From Candidatus Obscuribacterales bacterium (GTDB lineage: Bacteria; Cyanobacteriota; Vampirovibrionia; Obscuribacterales; Obscuribacteraceae), in contig CBDDIJ010000003.1 of NCBI GenBank assembly GCA_965228855.1, forward strand, positions 1,504,001 through 1,568,000: 64,000 nucleotides of DNA, read 5' to 3'. Numbering within the stretch: position 1 is the stretch's first letter; each line of letters opens with the position of its first letter. The notes below the pieces were generated by a model. That model was not told the origin of the DNA. It saw only the letters and a list, made by a program, of their open reading frames with translations, and made no database searches. The position numbers and the translations under genes were made by a program. Shown here in pieces: positions 29,256-38,668 of this stretch.

Positions 29256-29315
29256 GTTCGTCAACCGATATCGGTTTGCGAAAACAGGATCGTCAACCGA
29301 TATCGGTTTACGATC
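29256..29315. repeat. CGATATCG-core palindrome array, 2 copies
   Basis: TTCGTCAACCGATATCGGTTTGCGA and GATCGTCAACCGATATCGGTTTACGATC; cores 29266 and 29298. Confidence 0.9.
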
Positions 29316-29444
29316 TCAGACCTTGGCTAATTAAGGCGCCTGAAAGGTCAAAGCTTCCAACACTTTCGCTTCGGTCGACCAAGTTGCGCGAGTACCTCTG
29401 AACTTACGTTATGATGTGAAGCTAAATGTGCTGCTGGAGGGGGC

Positions 29445-30377
29445 GTGGCTTTCTATTTTGCGCCAATTTCGAACGGTCTGGGAGATTTGATAGTATCCAT
29501 TCCGATTTTGCAGTCGCTTATATCGACAGGTAGCCCAACTTATCTGATTATGCGTTCGCCGGCACAATGGGGCTTATCCGATTCTCTTGAAGGATTGGCC
29601 GGCAGCATCCGCGAGGATGAATTCGAACCACTATCGCTAGGCTCGCAGGATAAATTCTTCAATTTTCGAGACCATCCGCTCCAATCCGATTTTATCTGGG
29701 GCTCTGGTGAGTTCGAGGAGCGATATCCTGGTTACAAGATCAATGACGTTTTGAAAGGTATTTGTGCCGATTGGGGCATAGAAGCGGACTTCGAGAACTT
29801 GAATCCGTTGCCTTTCAGAAAGCGAGCAGAGTGTTCTGATCGCGTTTTACTAATTCCAGGGTCTTCCGGCAGATTTAAGTGCTGGCCCGTAAAACATTGG
29901 CTCGATTTGAACGATAAATTACAGGACTCAGGTCTCAAAACACTTATCATTGGACAGCCGGACCGCTCCGATGTCGTAGGAACACTTGTGAAAGTCGGTT
30001 TAGATCATATTGAGACGCCAACTCTGAAGGATGCGTTGGATGTAGTTAGTAGTTCCCTGTGTGCTGTTTCTGTTGATACCGGTCTGATGCATCTGAGTGT
30101 TCATCAGGGAATCCCGATAGTCGCTCTGTTTCGTTACAATAATATGTTTATGCGTCCGTACTCAAAAACGCGGAACTTTATAGCTCCGATCTGCGCGCCG
30201 GAGTGTATCGAAGCTGAGTTCGAAGGGGCGCCAAATGAAAAATTGGAATATAAAGTTTGGGAACATTGGGCTCCAATGACTTGCGCTCTGCAAGATCCGG
30301 CATTGAGTTGTATGTCGAAGATCACTCCTGACGGAGTTTTCGAAGCCGTAACCGGCTTACTTGCCAATAAGGTTTAA
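29445..30377 (+). CDS. Glycosyltransferase family 9 (heptosyltransferase-like)
   Basis: GLGDLI, PGSS..KCWP..HW, VSVDTGLMHLS, CM..ITPD.V. Confidence 0.88.
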   Translation: MAFYFAPISNGLGDLIVSIPILQSLISTGSPTYLIMRSPAQWGLSDSLEGLAGSIREDEFEPLSLGSQDKFFNFRDHPLQSDFIWGSGEFEERYPGYKINDVLKGICADWGIEADFENLNPLPFRKRAECSDRVLLIPGSSGRFKCWPVKHWLDLNDKLQDSGLKTLIIGQPDRSDVVGTLVKVGLDHIETPTLKDALDVVSSSLCAVSVDTGLMHLSVHQGIPIVALFRYNNMFMRPYSKTRNFIAPICAPECIEAEFEGAPNEKLEYKVWEHWAPMTCALQDPALSCMSKITPDGVFEAVTGLLANKV

Positions 30378-30505
30378 GTTCAGCTTATCTAATCGCACGG
30401 GCGATTGAGTAATCAACTTATTTAGAAAAATCGCGAGCGAAGTTCTGGTAAGTTTATACAATTCTCTTAAGTGCTGCTCCGAGACTGCGAAAAGGCAAAT
30501 TGACG

Positions 30506-31588
30506 ATGAGTATCTTGGATGCAAACGAACTCGAGGCGAAACTCGCGAATGCGAAAAAGGAGTTTGGAGAAGACGACACTCGTCTTGTAAAACCGCTTGA
30601 ACAGCTCGCCTATTCTTACCATACTCTGGGAGAGTACTCGAAAGCGGAAGAATGTTACCGGCAAGTCGTTTTACTGCGCGAAACCAAACTACAAAGTGAA
30701 ACATCCGCGCTCATCGATGTTTTGCATGGTCTGGCAATTTTGATGAGAATTCAAGATAGGTTTGAAGAGGCCGAGCCGTATTATCAAAAAGCGACTGAAC
30801 TGACCGGCTCCTCACTCGGAGAGCTTCATCCGGAGACGCTTACACGCAAAAACTATCTTGCCGGTCTGTATTTCGCCTGGGGCAGATACGAGCCGGCTCG
30901 TGCGCTTGTCGAGGAATCGAAGTCGGTTTACGGTGCGGTTTTTGGTGATAAGCACGAACTCGTCGGTATCTCGGCGATGGGTTTGGCGTTGATATGCAAC
31001 CGACAAGGTGATGCTGACGCCGCCAATCGATTTTTCAAGGAAGCGGTTCGATTGCTTCCAGCCGGTCCGCGAGCCTCAGTGATGCTGGACTTTAGGGACC
31101 TGGCGGCCAGTCTGTTTTTTCTTTCCAAAGAAAAATACAAACTGGGCATGATCGAGGAGGCTGAAACCTTATTTCGTTACTCGTTGATAATCGAAACGGA
31201 TAGACTCTGGCCGGGTCATCGAATAGTTGGTGACAACGTTCAGCTACTGGGAGACCTGTACCGATCGCAATATATGCCGACTGAAGCCGAGTTTCTCTAC
31301 CGCAGGGCGCTTGAGATACGCCGAAACGTTATGGGCAGCGAACATCTTGATGTTGCCGTCAGTGCTAACTCACTGGGAACACTTCTTTTCGATAACAGGC
31401 GTTACGAAGAAGCTGCAACTTTTCTAATGGACGCTTGTGATATTCGCGGCAAGGCCGGTTTCCCGCCACTGTTCGCTAACTCGCTGAGAGCTTATGCAGC
31501 CTGCCTCCGTCAATTGCATCGCAGCGAGGAGGCCGATCAGTGCGAATTGAAGGCACGGAATATCTATGAACGCTACAATCCCGCTTGA
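30506..31588 (+). CDS. Tetratricopeptide repeat protein
   Basis: Kinesin-light-chain-type TPRs (AE.LY.RALEI....G.EH.DVA). Confidence 0.9.
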   Translation: MSILDANELEAKLANAKKEFGEDDTRLVKPLEQLAYSYHTLGEYSKAEECYRQVVLLRETKLQSETSALIDVLHGLAILMRIQDRFEEAEPYYQKATELTGSSLGELHPETLTRKNYLAGLYFAWGRYEPARALVEESKSVYGAVFGDKHELVGISAMGLALICNRQGDADAANRFFKEAVRLLPAGPRASVMLDFRDLAASLFFLSKEKYKLGMIEEAETLFRYSLIIETDRLWPGHRIVGDNVQLLGDLYRSQYMPTEAEFLYRRALEIRRNVMGSEHLDVAVSANSLGTLLFDNRRYEEAATFLMDACDIRGKAGFPPLFANSLRAYAACLRQLHRSEEADQCELKARNIYERYNPA

Positions 31589-31675
31589 GCGCATATTTCT
31601 CTTTGCATCTGTTAAGATCTGTTTTTTGAAAAACATTGGCAATGCAGGTTTTGAGCACTCGCAGAGGGAGTTATC

Positions 31676-32773
31676 ATGCGGATTGTAGTATTCGGTGGCG
31701 GCATGCAGGGGCGAGTGATTGCCAGAAATCTGGCAGCACGAGACGAACAGCCGGAAGTAATCATCGCGGATTTGAACGAAGTCGCTGGTCTCGAGTCCAA
31801 TATCAAGTCGGTCAAAGCAAATGTATTGAATAGAGCAGAAGTGGGCAATGTTCTTAAAGGCGCCGATGCTGCAGTTCTTGCAGTTCCAAGTAGTATCGCC
31901 CATGATGCGCTTCGAAATTTGATCGAAACGGGCGTCGCCATTGTCGATGTCAGTTTCACGCCGGACCCGCCTCTCAGTCTCAATGCCGAAGCCGTTAAAA
32001 GTGGCTCGTGCGTGGTTGTCGATTGCGGAGTGGCACCCGGTCTGAGCCACCTGCTCGTAGGACGAGCCTACGCAGAACTTGGTGGTCTCGACAAAGTTCG
32101 CATACTGGTTGGAGGAATGGCACAGAATCCGCCACCGGTCTTCCATCATGCCGTGTATTTCAATGCTTCTGATTTGCTCGCCGAATACGTCCGTCCAGCG
32201 CGCGCCCGCATAAGTGGGAAAGATATTGCCCCCAATCCATTTGATGCCGCGATTGAGCAACATCAGGATCATGAGGCAGGAAGACTAGATGCCTTCCTCA
32301 GTGACGGTCTGCGTTCGCTCCTCGACTCTTATCCGGATGTTCCTGATATGGTGGAGCGCACCTTGCGACTCGATGGACACATGGAAACGATGCGCCGTTT
32401 GAATGAACTTGGATTGTTCGATGACGACAGCATACACGCGACCGCTAAGAAGCTTGGCAGCAAATACTCTGCCGATAAGTATCCGGACTTCCTCCTGATG
32501 GTTGTAGAGGCGACTCGTGGCAACAAGACGCTTGCCTGGCGCCTGATGGATCGCGCGACCAATTGCGAATCTGCAATGAGTAGAACGACTGGCTACACCA
32601 CTGCTGCTATGGCGATGGTCTTAGCTAGAAAGCAGTTTGCCAGGCCCGGCGTTTACGCTCCTGAGAAAGTTGGAGAGGAAGCTGGAATCGCTCAAATCAT
32701 AGTTGACGATCTCAAAGAACGCGGTGTAAAAACCGAAGCCGTGGAAGCCACGCTGGGAGCACCCACTCGCTGA
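31676..32773 (+). CDS. Saccharopine/lysine 6-dehydrogenase family oxidoreductase
   Basis: GGGMQG, VDVSF, DCGVAPGLS, SAMSRTTG, PGVYAPE. Confidence 0.88.
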   Translation: MRIVVFGGGMQGRVIARNLAARDEQPEVIIADLNEVAGLESNIKSVKANVLNRAEVGNVLKGADAAVLAVPSSIAHDALRNLIETGVAIVDVSFTPDPPLSLNAEAVKSGSCVVVDCGVAPGLSHLLVGRAYAELGGLDKVRILVGGMAQNPPPVFHHAVYFNASDLLAEYVRPARARISGKDIAPNPFDAAIEQHQDHEAGRLDAFLSDGLRSLLDSYPDVPDMVERTLRLDGHMETMRRLNELGLFDDDSIHATAKKLGSKYSADKYPDFLLMVVEATRGNKTLAWRLMDRATNCESAMSRTTGYTTAAMAMVLARKQFARPGVYAPEKVGEEAGIAQIIVDDLKERGVKTEAVEATLGAPTR

Positions 32774-32794
32774 CTTCCGCTTCGACGTTCAATC

Positions 32795-33469
32795 CTACTG
32801 TTGTTTACGTCTATTTAAATCGACGCCTTGATAATCGCGCTTTAAATAGGCACGATTGCTCTTAATTACTGATACCAGTGACGGTGACCGTTTTTCATCA
32901 GATACGGAGTAGGCGAGAAGGAAAACCTGGCGACTGCGTTCAAGTAATTTGTCACGCTCTCTAGCGTCTTTCTGTAAATTTGCCTGCAGATAGAGTGAAA
33001 CTGCAAGATTATTGGCATCTCTCACAACTCTGGAGTCGGTTTTGTCCAGCCGGTTTATCTCGTAGCTCAAAATTGACTCGTAGCATTCGCTGGCATGCTT
33101 GAATGTCCCTTGAGATTGGTAGATTTCAGCCAGCATTAGAGCGTCCGAAACAAATCGTGGATTATAGTTTTTCTGTTCCGCCTGAGCATCGAATGCCCAG
33201 AACGGAAACATAACTTTGCTTGCCTCATGAGTCTTGCCTTCCAGCCACAGGACATTGGCAAACTTTCTGAGCAGTTCGGGATCTGACTTGAGACAGGCGT
33301 CTTTGCCACCGGCTTTGGTGACTTGCAATTGCAGGGAACTCTCTTGTTTTTCGAGTTGTTCCCAGTGATTCGGAGAGGGAACATTGTCGTTGGCGGCAAG
33401 CAGACTCTGGATTGTCGCCACGGACAGAAGTGACAGAGCAATAATCGTAGATGGTCGAGGCAGCCTCAA
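32795..33469 (-). CDS. Secreted TPR-like protein
   Basis: Signal-peptide-like N-terminus; LAEIY..QG and RDANNLAV helices. Confidence 0.7.
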   Translation of the reverse strand: MRLPRPSTIIALSLLSVATIQSLLAANDNVPSPNHWEQLEKQESSLQLQVTKAGGKDACLKSDPELLRKFANVLWLEGKTHEASKVMFPFWAFDAQAEQKNYNPRFVSDALMLAEIYQSQGTFKHASECYESILSYEINRLDKTDSRVVRDANNLAVSLYLQANLQKDARERDKLLERSRQVFLLAYSVSDEKRSPSLVSVIKSNRAYLKRDYQGVDLNRRKQQ

Positions 33470-33644
33470 ATTTACGCTCCTGATAGCGTGGGTTGCTCCC
33501 TTTAGTTTACCCGGTCGCTCAAGATCTAACTGTGATAGGCTTATGTTGCTTTATCTCTTGTTAATAGAGGTCATTTGATCAAGCCTCGTAGGGAGATAAA
33601 TGACGCTTCGAAAATGCAACATCTGACAAGTAGGGCTATCAGAA

Positions 33645-34295
33645 ATGAGTCGCGGCGACGACGATTTGAACAAGGCTAGATCGGAAACCGATATCGATTT
33701 ACGATCGACCGATGCCCAGGAATGTTTGCCAGTGAAGGAACCGGGGACTCGGCGCTTCTTTGAAATTTTGCAGACAATCGCCACGGTTATTTTCCTGGTG
33801 GTCACGGCGTTCTGGTTGACACCTGACAAGGCACCGAGTGCGGTGCTGAAGCAGACCATCGTCAATCCTATAAAAACGTTTTGGTTGTTCTGGGGATTGG
33901 AACAGAATTGGGCTTTGTTTTCGCCAATTATCAAGGATATCAACTATCACACGGTTGGCATCATCACCAGACAAGACGGCTCCAATGAGATCTGGGAAGC
34001 GCCACGCATGGACAAACTAGACCTGCTCGAACGGTTTCGCCAGGAGAAATACAGAAAATGGAGTATAGACAGTCTTCCGTGGCCGGACCACAAAGAATTC
34101 TGGCCTTATATCGCACGCTATGTGGGAAGGCAAAAGTATAGAGCGGACAATCCGCCGGCTAAGTTTACGCTCCTCTTGTTCTGGACTAAGATACCGCCGC
34201 CACTGACCTCATTCACAAGCCGAGGGAAACTGCCTCCACACACCAGTTGCAATAACGTGTTTACTTACGAATATTCCGCGGAGGATTTCCGCTGA
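33645..34295 (+). CDS. Membrane-anchored protein, SdpA/DUF5819-like partner of HTTM proteins
   Basis: One TM helix followed by GLEQNWALFSP; directly upstream of the HTTM gene (TGATG overlap). Confidence 0.7.
   Translation: MSRGDDDLNKARSETDIDLRSTDAQECLPVKEPGTRRFFEILQTIATVIFLVVTAFWLTPDKAPSAVLKQTIVNPIKTFWLFWGLEQNWALFSPIIKDINYHTVGIITRQDGSNEIWEAPRMDKLDLLERFRQEKYRKWSIDSLPWPDHKEFWPYIARYVGRQKYRADNPPAKFTLLLFWTKIPPPLTSFTSRGKLPPHTSCNNVFTYEYSAEDFR
33679..33706. repeat. Single CGATATCG-core palindrome within the 5' end of ORF 33645
   Basis: GATCGGAAACCGATATCGATTTACGATC, 2 mismatches to the consensus. Confidence 0.85.
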
Positions 34296-35236
34296 TGTGG
34301 AAGAGCATCTGGGATTTGTGGCGCGGCTTTTGGTTTGAGCCGCAATCGATGACTACCCTGGCACTTTACAGAATCTGTTTCGGAATTCTGATCTTGCAAA
34401 CCTATGTGATTCATATCGGATTCGAGTTCTTAAACTGGTACGGACCGAACGCGGTTATTCCGATCGAGTCGGTAAGACAGTTTTTCTGGTGGAATGAGCC
34501 TCGTTTTGATTTGCTCCTTCTTCTCCCTCAGACCGATGCCTGGTACGTGGCGTTTTATGTTTCGTTCGTAATTGCCATCGCGTGCGCGACCGTAGGGTTA
34601 TGCACCAGAGTAAGTATGGCGTTCGTCTGCATGAGCCTAATAAGCCTGCACCATCATGATCCATTTAACATCAATGGCGGTGACACGTTTCTGCGCTTAA
34701 CCAGTATTTTTCTGGCATTCTCACACTGCGGTGAAGCCTGGTCTCTCGACAATTTGATTAAAAGAAAACGGGGAATCGCAATTCAACAATTACATAACCC
34801 ATGGGCTTGGCGAATGATTCAAGTTCAGCTTGCAATCGCTTATTGCGATACGTTTTGGTGCAAGATAGTAGGCCAGCAGTGGTTGGATGGCACCGCTGTT
34901 TACTACGCCACCCGGCTAGAAGATATGTACAGATTCGAGCTTCCTTTTCTTTTCGACAATCTATGGTTCTGCAAAATATTGTCCTGGTACACACTGGTCA
35001 TTGAATTTGCCATGTGGACCTTCGTATGGTTCAGAGAAACTAGATACTACATTCTCATCGGCACGCTCTTTCTTCACCTGGGAATAGACGTAGCAATCAA
35101 TTTGCCCGTGTTCGAGTGGGCATTTATCGCTGGTCTGGCGGCGTTTATCTATCCAGACGATCTTGACCAGATCAAGACCTGGTTAATCACCACGGTCAGG
35201 TCGCGGATAAAACCGAACCCGAACATGACTGCATAA
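34295..35236 (+). CDS. HTTM-domain membrane protein (SdpB-like)
   Basis: LALYRI.FG, NGGD..LR, SLD, IQVQL.I.Y, K..G..WLDGTAVYY, E, LHLGI. Confidence 0.88.
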   Translation: MWKSIWDLWRGFWFEPQSMTTLALYRICFGILILQTYVIHIGFEFLNWYGPNAVIPIESVRQFFWWNEPRFDLLLLLPQTDAWYVAFYVSFVIAIACATVGLCTRVSMAFVCMSLISLHHHDPFNINGGDTFLRLTSIFLAFSHCGEAWSLDNLIKRKRGIAIQQLHNPWAWRMIQVQLAIAYCDTFWCKIVGQQWLDGTAVYYATRLEDMYRFELPFLFDNLWFCKILSWYTLVIEFAMWTFVWFRETRYYILIGTLFLHLGIDVAINLPVFEWAFIAGLAAFIYPDDLDQIKTWLITTVRSRIKPNPNMTA

Positions 35237-35344
35237 TTTCCGGGAGCCTCAACCTGAAGTATTAGAAGCAGCGGGCACGTTCACATCGATGGACATAAGG
35301 GAACATTGTTTATGTCCTAGATAGAATCAGAGGCACCGGTAAGC

Positions 35345-36142
35345 ATGCAGGCGGCATCGAAGGCTGATGTAATCAAGAAACATTTCAGTTTGCTTTGCGA
35401 ACTGAGAAAAAAGTACAGGATAGAAGTCGTTACTGATGAGGCTCTGAGCGATCCGGTCATTAGCTACAAACTATCGGATGTTTATGGGTCGACTCGGTAC
35501 CTCGAGTTCCTTAGTCATGAACTGGCGATTTATCCGATCTCAATCTTTGCTAGACTGCAGCTAGATCGGATAGTCTTATGCAGCGATCTGCAGAAACACG
35601 ACAAGCCGGTATCGGGCTGTGCAAGTATGTCTCTGTTTCCGGATAATCTGGCGCTGCGAATGTTATTCCGGAAAAACACAATTTATCTTGATATCAAATA
35701 CGATGGCACCGTCGACGGACTCGTCACCATTCATCATGAGCTATTTCATGCCATCGAGTCCCACGATTACAGCTGGCCACCATATGTAGATGCTTATTGG
35801 AACAGGCTCAATCCTGCGAATTTTCAGTATAAATCGGAAATGTTGGCTGATGACTATAATCCATCGCTCGATTTCGAAGGCTTTTTGACCGACTACTCGA
35901 TGCAGTCAGTTCGAGAGGACAAAGCTGAACTCTTCAGTCACATGATAGTGAATTTGCCACGACTGGAAGCACTTGCGAAGAATGATCAGATACTCGCGCA
36001 TAAGATTTTGCGACTTAAAAAGATACTGGGCAAATTTAGTCCGGATTTTGATGAGCAATTCTGGACGACAAGACAAGAGTGCGCAGTAACGGGTTTGCTC
36101 AAGGCGGAGTATGAGGACCTGTTACTGCCGCGCTTGCGTTAA
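35345..36142 (+). CDS. Putative zinc metallopeptidase (HExxH)
   Basis: IHHELFHAIE, W..LNP..F.Y, GFLTDYS..SVREDKAELF. Confidence 0.8.
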   Translation: MQAASKADVIKKHFSLLCELRKKYRIEVVTDEALSDPVISYKLSDVYGSTRYLEFLSHELAIYPISIFARLQLDRIVLCSDLQKHDKPVSGCASMSLFPDNLALRMLFRKNTIYLDIKYDGTVDGLVTIHHELFHAIESHDYSWPPYVDAYWNRLNPANFQYKSEMLADDYNPSLDFEGFLTDYSMQSVREDKAELFSHMIVNLPRLEALAKNDQILAHKILRLKKILGKFSPDFDEQFWTTRQECAVTGLLKAEYEDLLLPRLR

Positions 36143-36412
36143 AGACGGTTCTCCAATGCTGCGGTCATAGGTGATTGAATCATTCTAAATATGATTGCTT
36201 GTCCATTTTCTCATGATTTTTGTCTAATATTAACACTTGGTATCTTGAATTATTTGAACGCTCTAATCGGGACCCCTGCTGTATTAACGGAGATTTACTT
36301 TTGTGGTTGTCAGAAAGTATTTTGGATAACATTTCAAGCGTAGCTATGAATGCCCGTTAATGATAATCTTACATTCATCGGCAATATACATTCATAAACG
36401 GCGGTCAGCGGC

Positions 36413-37213
36413 ATGGCATCTAGCATTGGCTCGCACAGAAACGTGCGATGGAAACGTGTACTCGATTTTTTGGCTGTGGCCGGACCTATTATCTGTTTGA
36501 TCGACTGCGTTGTATTGCCAGTGGCGAGTGCGTTGTTGCCGTTTCTAGGCATGACGGAATTCGGTCATGGAATAAATGATCAGCAATTGTTCTTGCTTAT
36601 CATTGCCATATGCGGACCGATTATTATTCCAGGCTACCTCAAGCACCGAAACAAGCGCGTTCTAACGATGTTCGCAGTCGCAATCAGTATGATGTTCATT
36701 GTCAATTTTGTTGATCTAATTGCTGACGAAACCGTTCACGCAATAATTTCTCTGAGCGCCGCATGTTTGCTAATTAAAGCTAATCGAGACAATAAAAAAC
36801 TGCTCTCGTGTGCGTGTTCAATGCATCACCACGGCGCAGATCATCAAACTCCGGCAGCGCAGGCGAGCAACGCATTCAGTCAACTGATCCACGTGCAAGG
36901 TGAACATATCCATTCTGATGCATGTTCAGGAGTGCATGATCACTCCATTCCTGAGAGCTCGGTTAATACGGCGCGCACATTCGCGCATGTTCATTCATTC
37001 CATTCCCGCTCATATACCTCCGAGGGAGAACAGCAGCTTGAGCACGATCACGCTGCCTGTCTCCATGAGGTCGTGGTAGCTCTTGATCGTCATAATCACG
37101 GACTTGACCCGAATCACTTTGAACCGCGAAACAATCTCAACTTTGAACCGGTAGCCGGAGCAGAAGCACTACATGCGGTGCAGGCTCCGCACACCGCAAA
37201 TTGCTGCGGCTAG
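36413..37213 (+). CDS. MerC-like membrane protein with a His/Cys-rich tail
   Basis: LDFLA...PIICLIDCVVLP, GYLKHR, about 4 TM helices; long His-rich C-terminus ending in CCG. Confidence 0.8.
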   Translation: MASSIGSHRNVRWKRVLDFLAVAGPIICLIDCVVLPVASALLPFLGMTEFGHGINDQQLFLLIIAICGPIIIPGYLKHRNKRVLTMFAVAISMMFIVNFVDLIADETVHAIISLSAACLLIKANRDNKKLLSCACSMHHHGADHQTPAAQASNAFSQLIHVQGEHIHSDACSGVHDHSIPESSVNTARTFAHVHSFHSRSYTSEGEQQLEHDHAACLHEVVVALDRHNHGLDPNHFEPRNNLNFEPVAGAEALHAVQAPHTANCCG

Positions 37214-37273
37214 TCGGCAAATTATCTTCGAGCCTCCACTGCGTGCTTCCATCTGATAGTCTCACGTTCTGGT

Positions 37274-38377
37274 CTAGGCCACTGCAGGCGCTTTGAGATT
37301 GACCACAGTCAGAACTTGCGGCGACACATAGCTTCTTATGTCGCCATCTGTAACTGGTGGTGACGCTAGTATTTTGTCTAGCAGTTTTCCCTGGGACCAA
37401 TATTCTCGATCATTACTGATCCAGTGCAGCGCAAGGTAGAGCTGAGATGCTTTCTGGCTGATTCCTCCAAACACCTCCAGGATGAAACTCAAGATCGATC
37501 TTCTTAAGTTCGGATCTAAATCTGCACCAATTGCTTTGGCTTTTGGAATCGAGTTAGGATGTCGGTAGAGATAATCGAGTTTGCGAGCCACCAAACCAAC
37601 GACCTCCAGAGTGGATTGCTTGATCGCCACATCCATGCTCCATTCGTCCTTAAACCGCGCACAAAGATCATCAAAATAGCAAGGGCTCTCGGCGATTGTC
37701 GCAAAAATCTCCAGGTGCTGAGCGGTCAGCTCAGCCAACTCCTTTTCCAAAATTTCGGGAAACTCGTAAGAGAAAACTTCTCCTGTGCTTTCAATCGTAA
37801 TTTGTTTGGTGATCGTCTTTGGCGGAATTGTGTCTTCCGGTGAAGGCTCTTGTTGCTCTGCTTTCGGATGCTCGCGAGCAGGTGTTTCGGAACTTCTTCG
37901 AGCTATCGCTCTTTCGATTTCCGTACAATGTACCAGCTTCAACACGTCGTCGCTAGGAAACGACTGGATGATTACAAACGCGCATTTCTTCAACATGTTA
38001 AGGCTCGTTGAATAAACCACAGTGGAATGTCGGCTGAACTCGCTGGCGCTGAATTGCAGCCCTTCCTCAAGCAAAGTGACAAGGAAGAGATATTCAAGCG
38101 TAGAGGCTCTTCGTGTGTCTTCCAAAAACGTGCCGGTAGTGAAGGACTGTTTTCGGCCACAGCTGAGACATAGAATTTTTCGTTTGTTGTCGCAACGTAC
38201 GAATGTCTGCTTGAAACAATTCAAGCAGCGCAGAATCTGTTTGTCTGTCAGCATCTTGAACAAATAGGCCTCTCCAGACTCCACGCTCACAAATGTTTTA
38301 TCGAACGATTTGCGCCTCAACGCTATCAATTTTTCGTTGTCGGATATTTCGGTTGGTTTCTTCGATTTGTTTTTCAT
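37274..38377 (-). CDS. IS1595-transposase-derived protein: Zn ribbon/HTH plus winged-helix-like segment, no visible DDE core (alternative start 38428)
   Basis: CLNC...CLSCGRKQSFTTGTFLEDTR, SASEFSR..V.YST...MLKK, C-terminal F.GIS.K.SQLYL. Confidence 0.75.
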   Translation of the reverse strand: MKNKSKKPTEISDNEKLIALRRKSFDKTFVSVESGEAYLFKMLTDKQILRCLNCFKQTFVRCDNKRKILCLSCGRKQSFTTGTFLEDTRRASTLEYLFLVTLLEEGLQFSASEFSRHSTVVYSTSLNMLKKCAFVIIQSFPSDDVLKLVHCTEIERAIARRSSETPAREHPKAEQQEPSPEDTIPPKTITKQITIESTGEVFSYEFPEILEKELAELTAQHLEIFATIAESPCYFDDLCARFKDEWSMDVAIKQSTLEVVGLVARKLDYLYRHPNSIPKAKAIGADLDPNLRRSILSFILEVFGGISQKASQLYLALHWISNDREYWSQGKLLDKILASPPVTDGDIRSYVSPQVLTVVNLKAPAVA

Positions 38378-38541
38378 AGTCGGAACCAGGACGGTGAACA
38401 AAACGGTTATAAAGTATCTTGTTCGCATCGTGAAGTAGCAAAACCCGCCATTTCATGGGGGTCTTGACGGTCGCTTTACGCGAAAGGGGGATTGACAGTC
38501 AAGCTTTCAGAAAGATTTAATCGAACGTCGAAGTCATAATT

Positions 38542-38635
38542 GATCGTAGTCCGATATCGGAAATTGAAGTCGAAAAACGTAGACCGATATCGAATTGAGA
38601 AGATAAGAGTCTCAATCCGATATCGGAATACGATT
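38542..38635. repeat. CGATATCG-core palindrome array, 3 copies
   Basis: Cores at 38552, 38585, 38618 (spacings 33, 33). Confidence 0.9.
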
Positions 38636-38668
38636 AACGGAGACTGGAACCGCTCAATGGTAGAGCGT

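Noticed and set aside
37274..38428. Active IS1595 insertion sequence
   Set aside because: No DDE catalytic motifs and no terminal inverted repeats or target duplication seen by eye; kept as a transposase-derived CDS.
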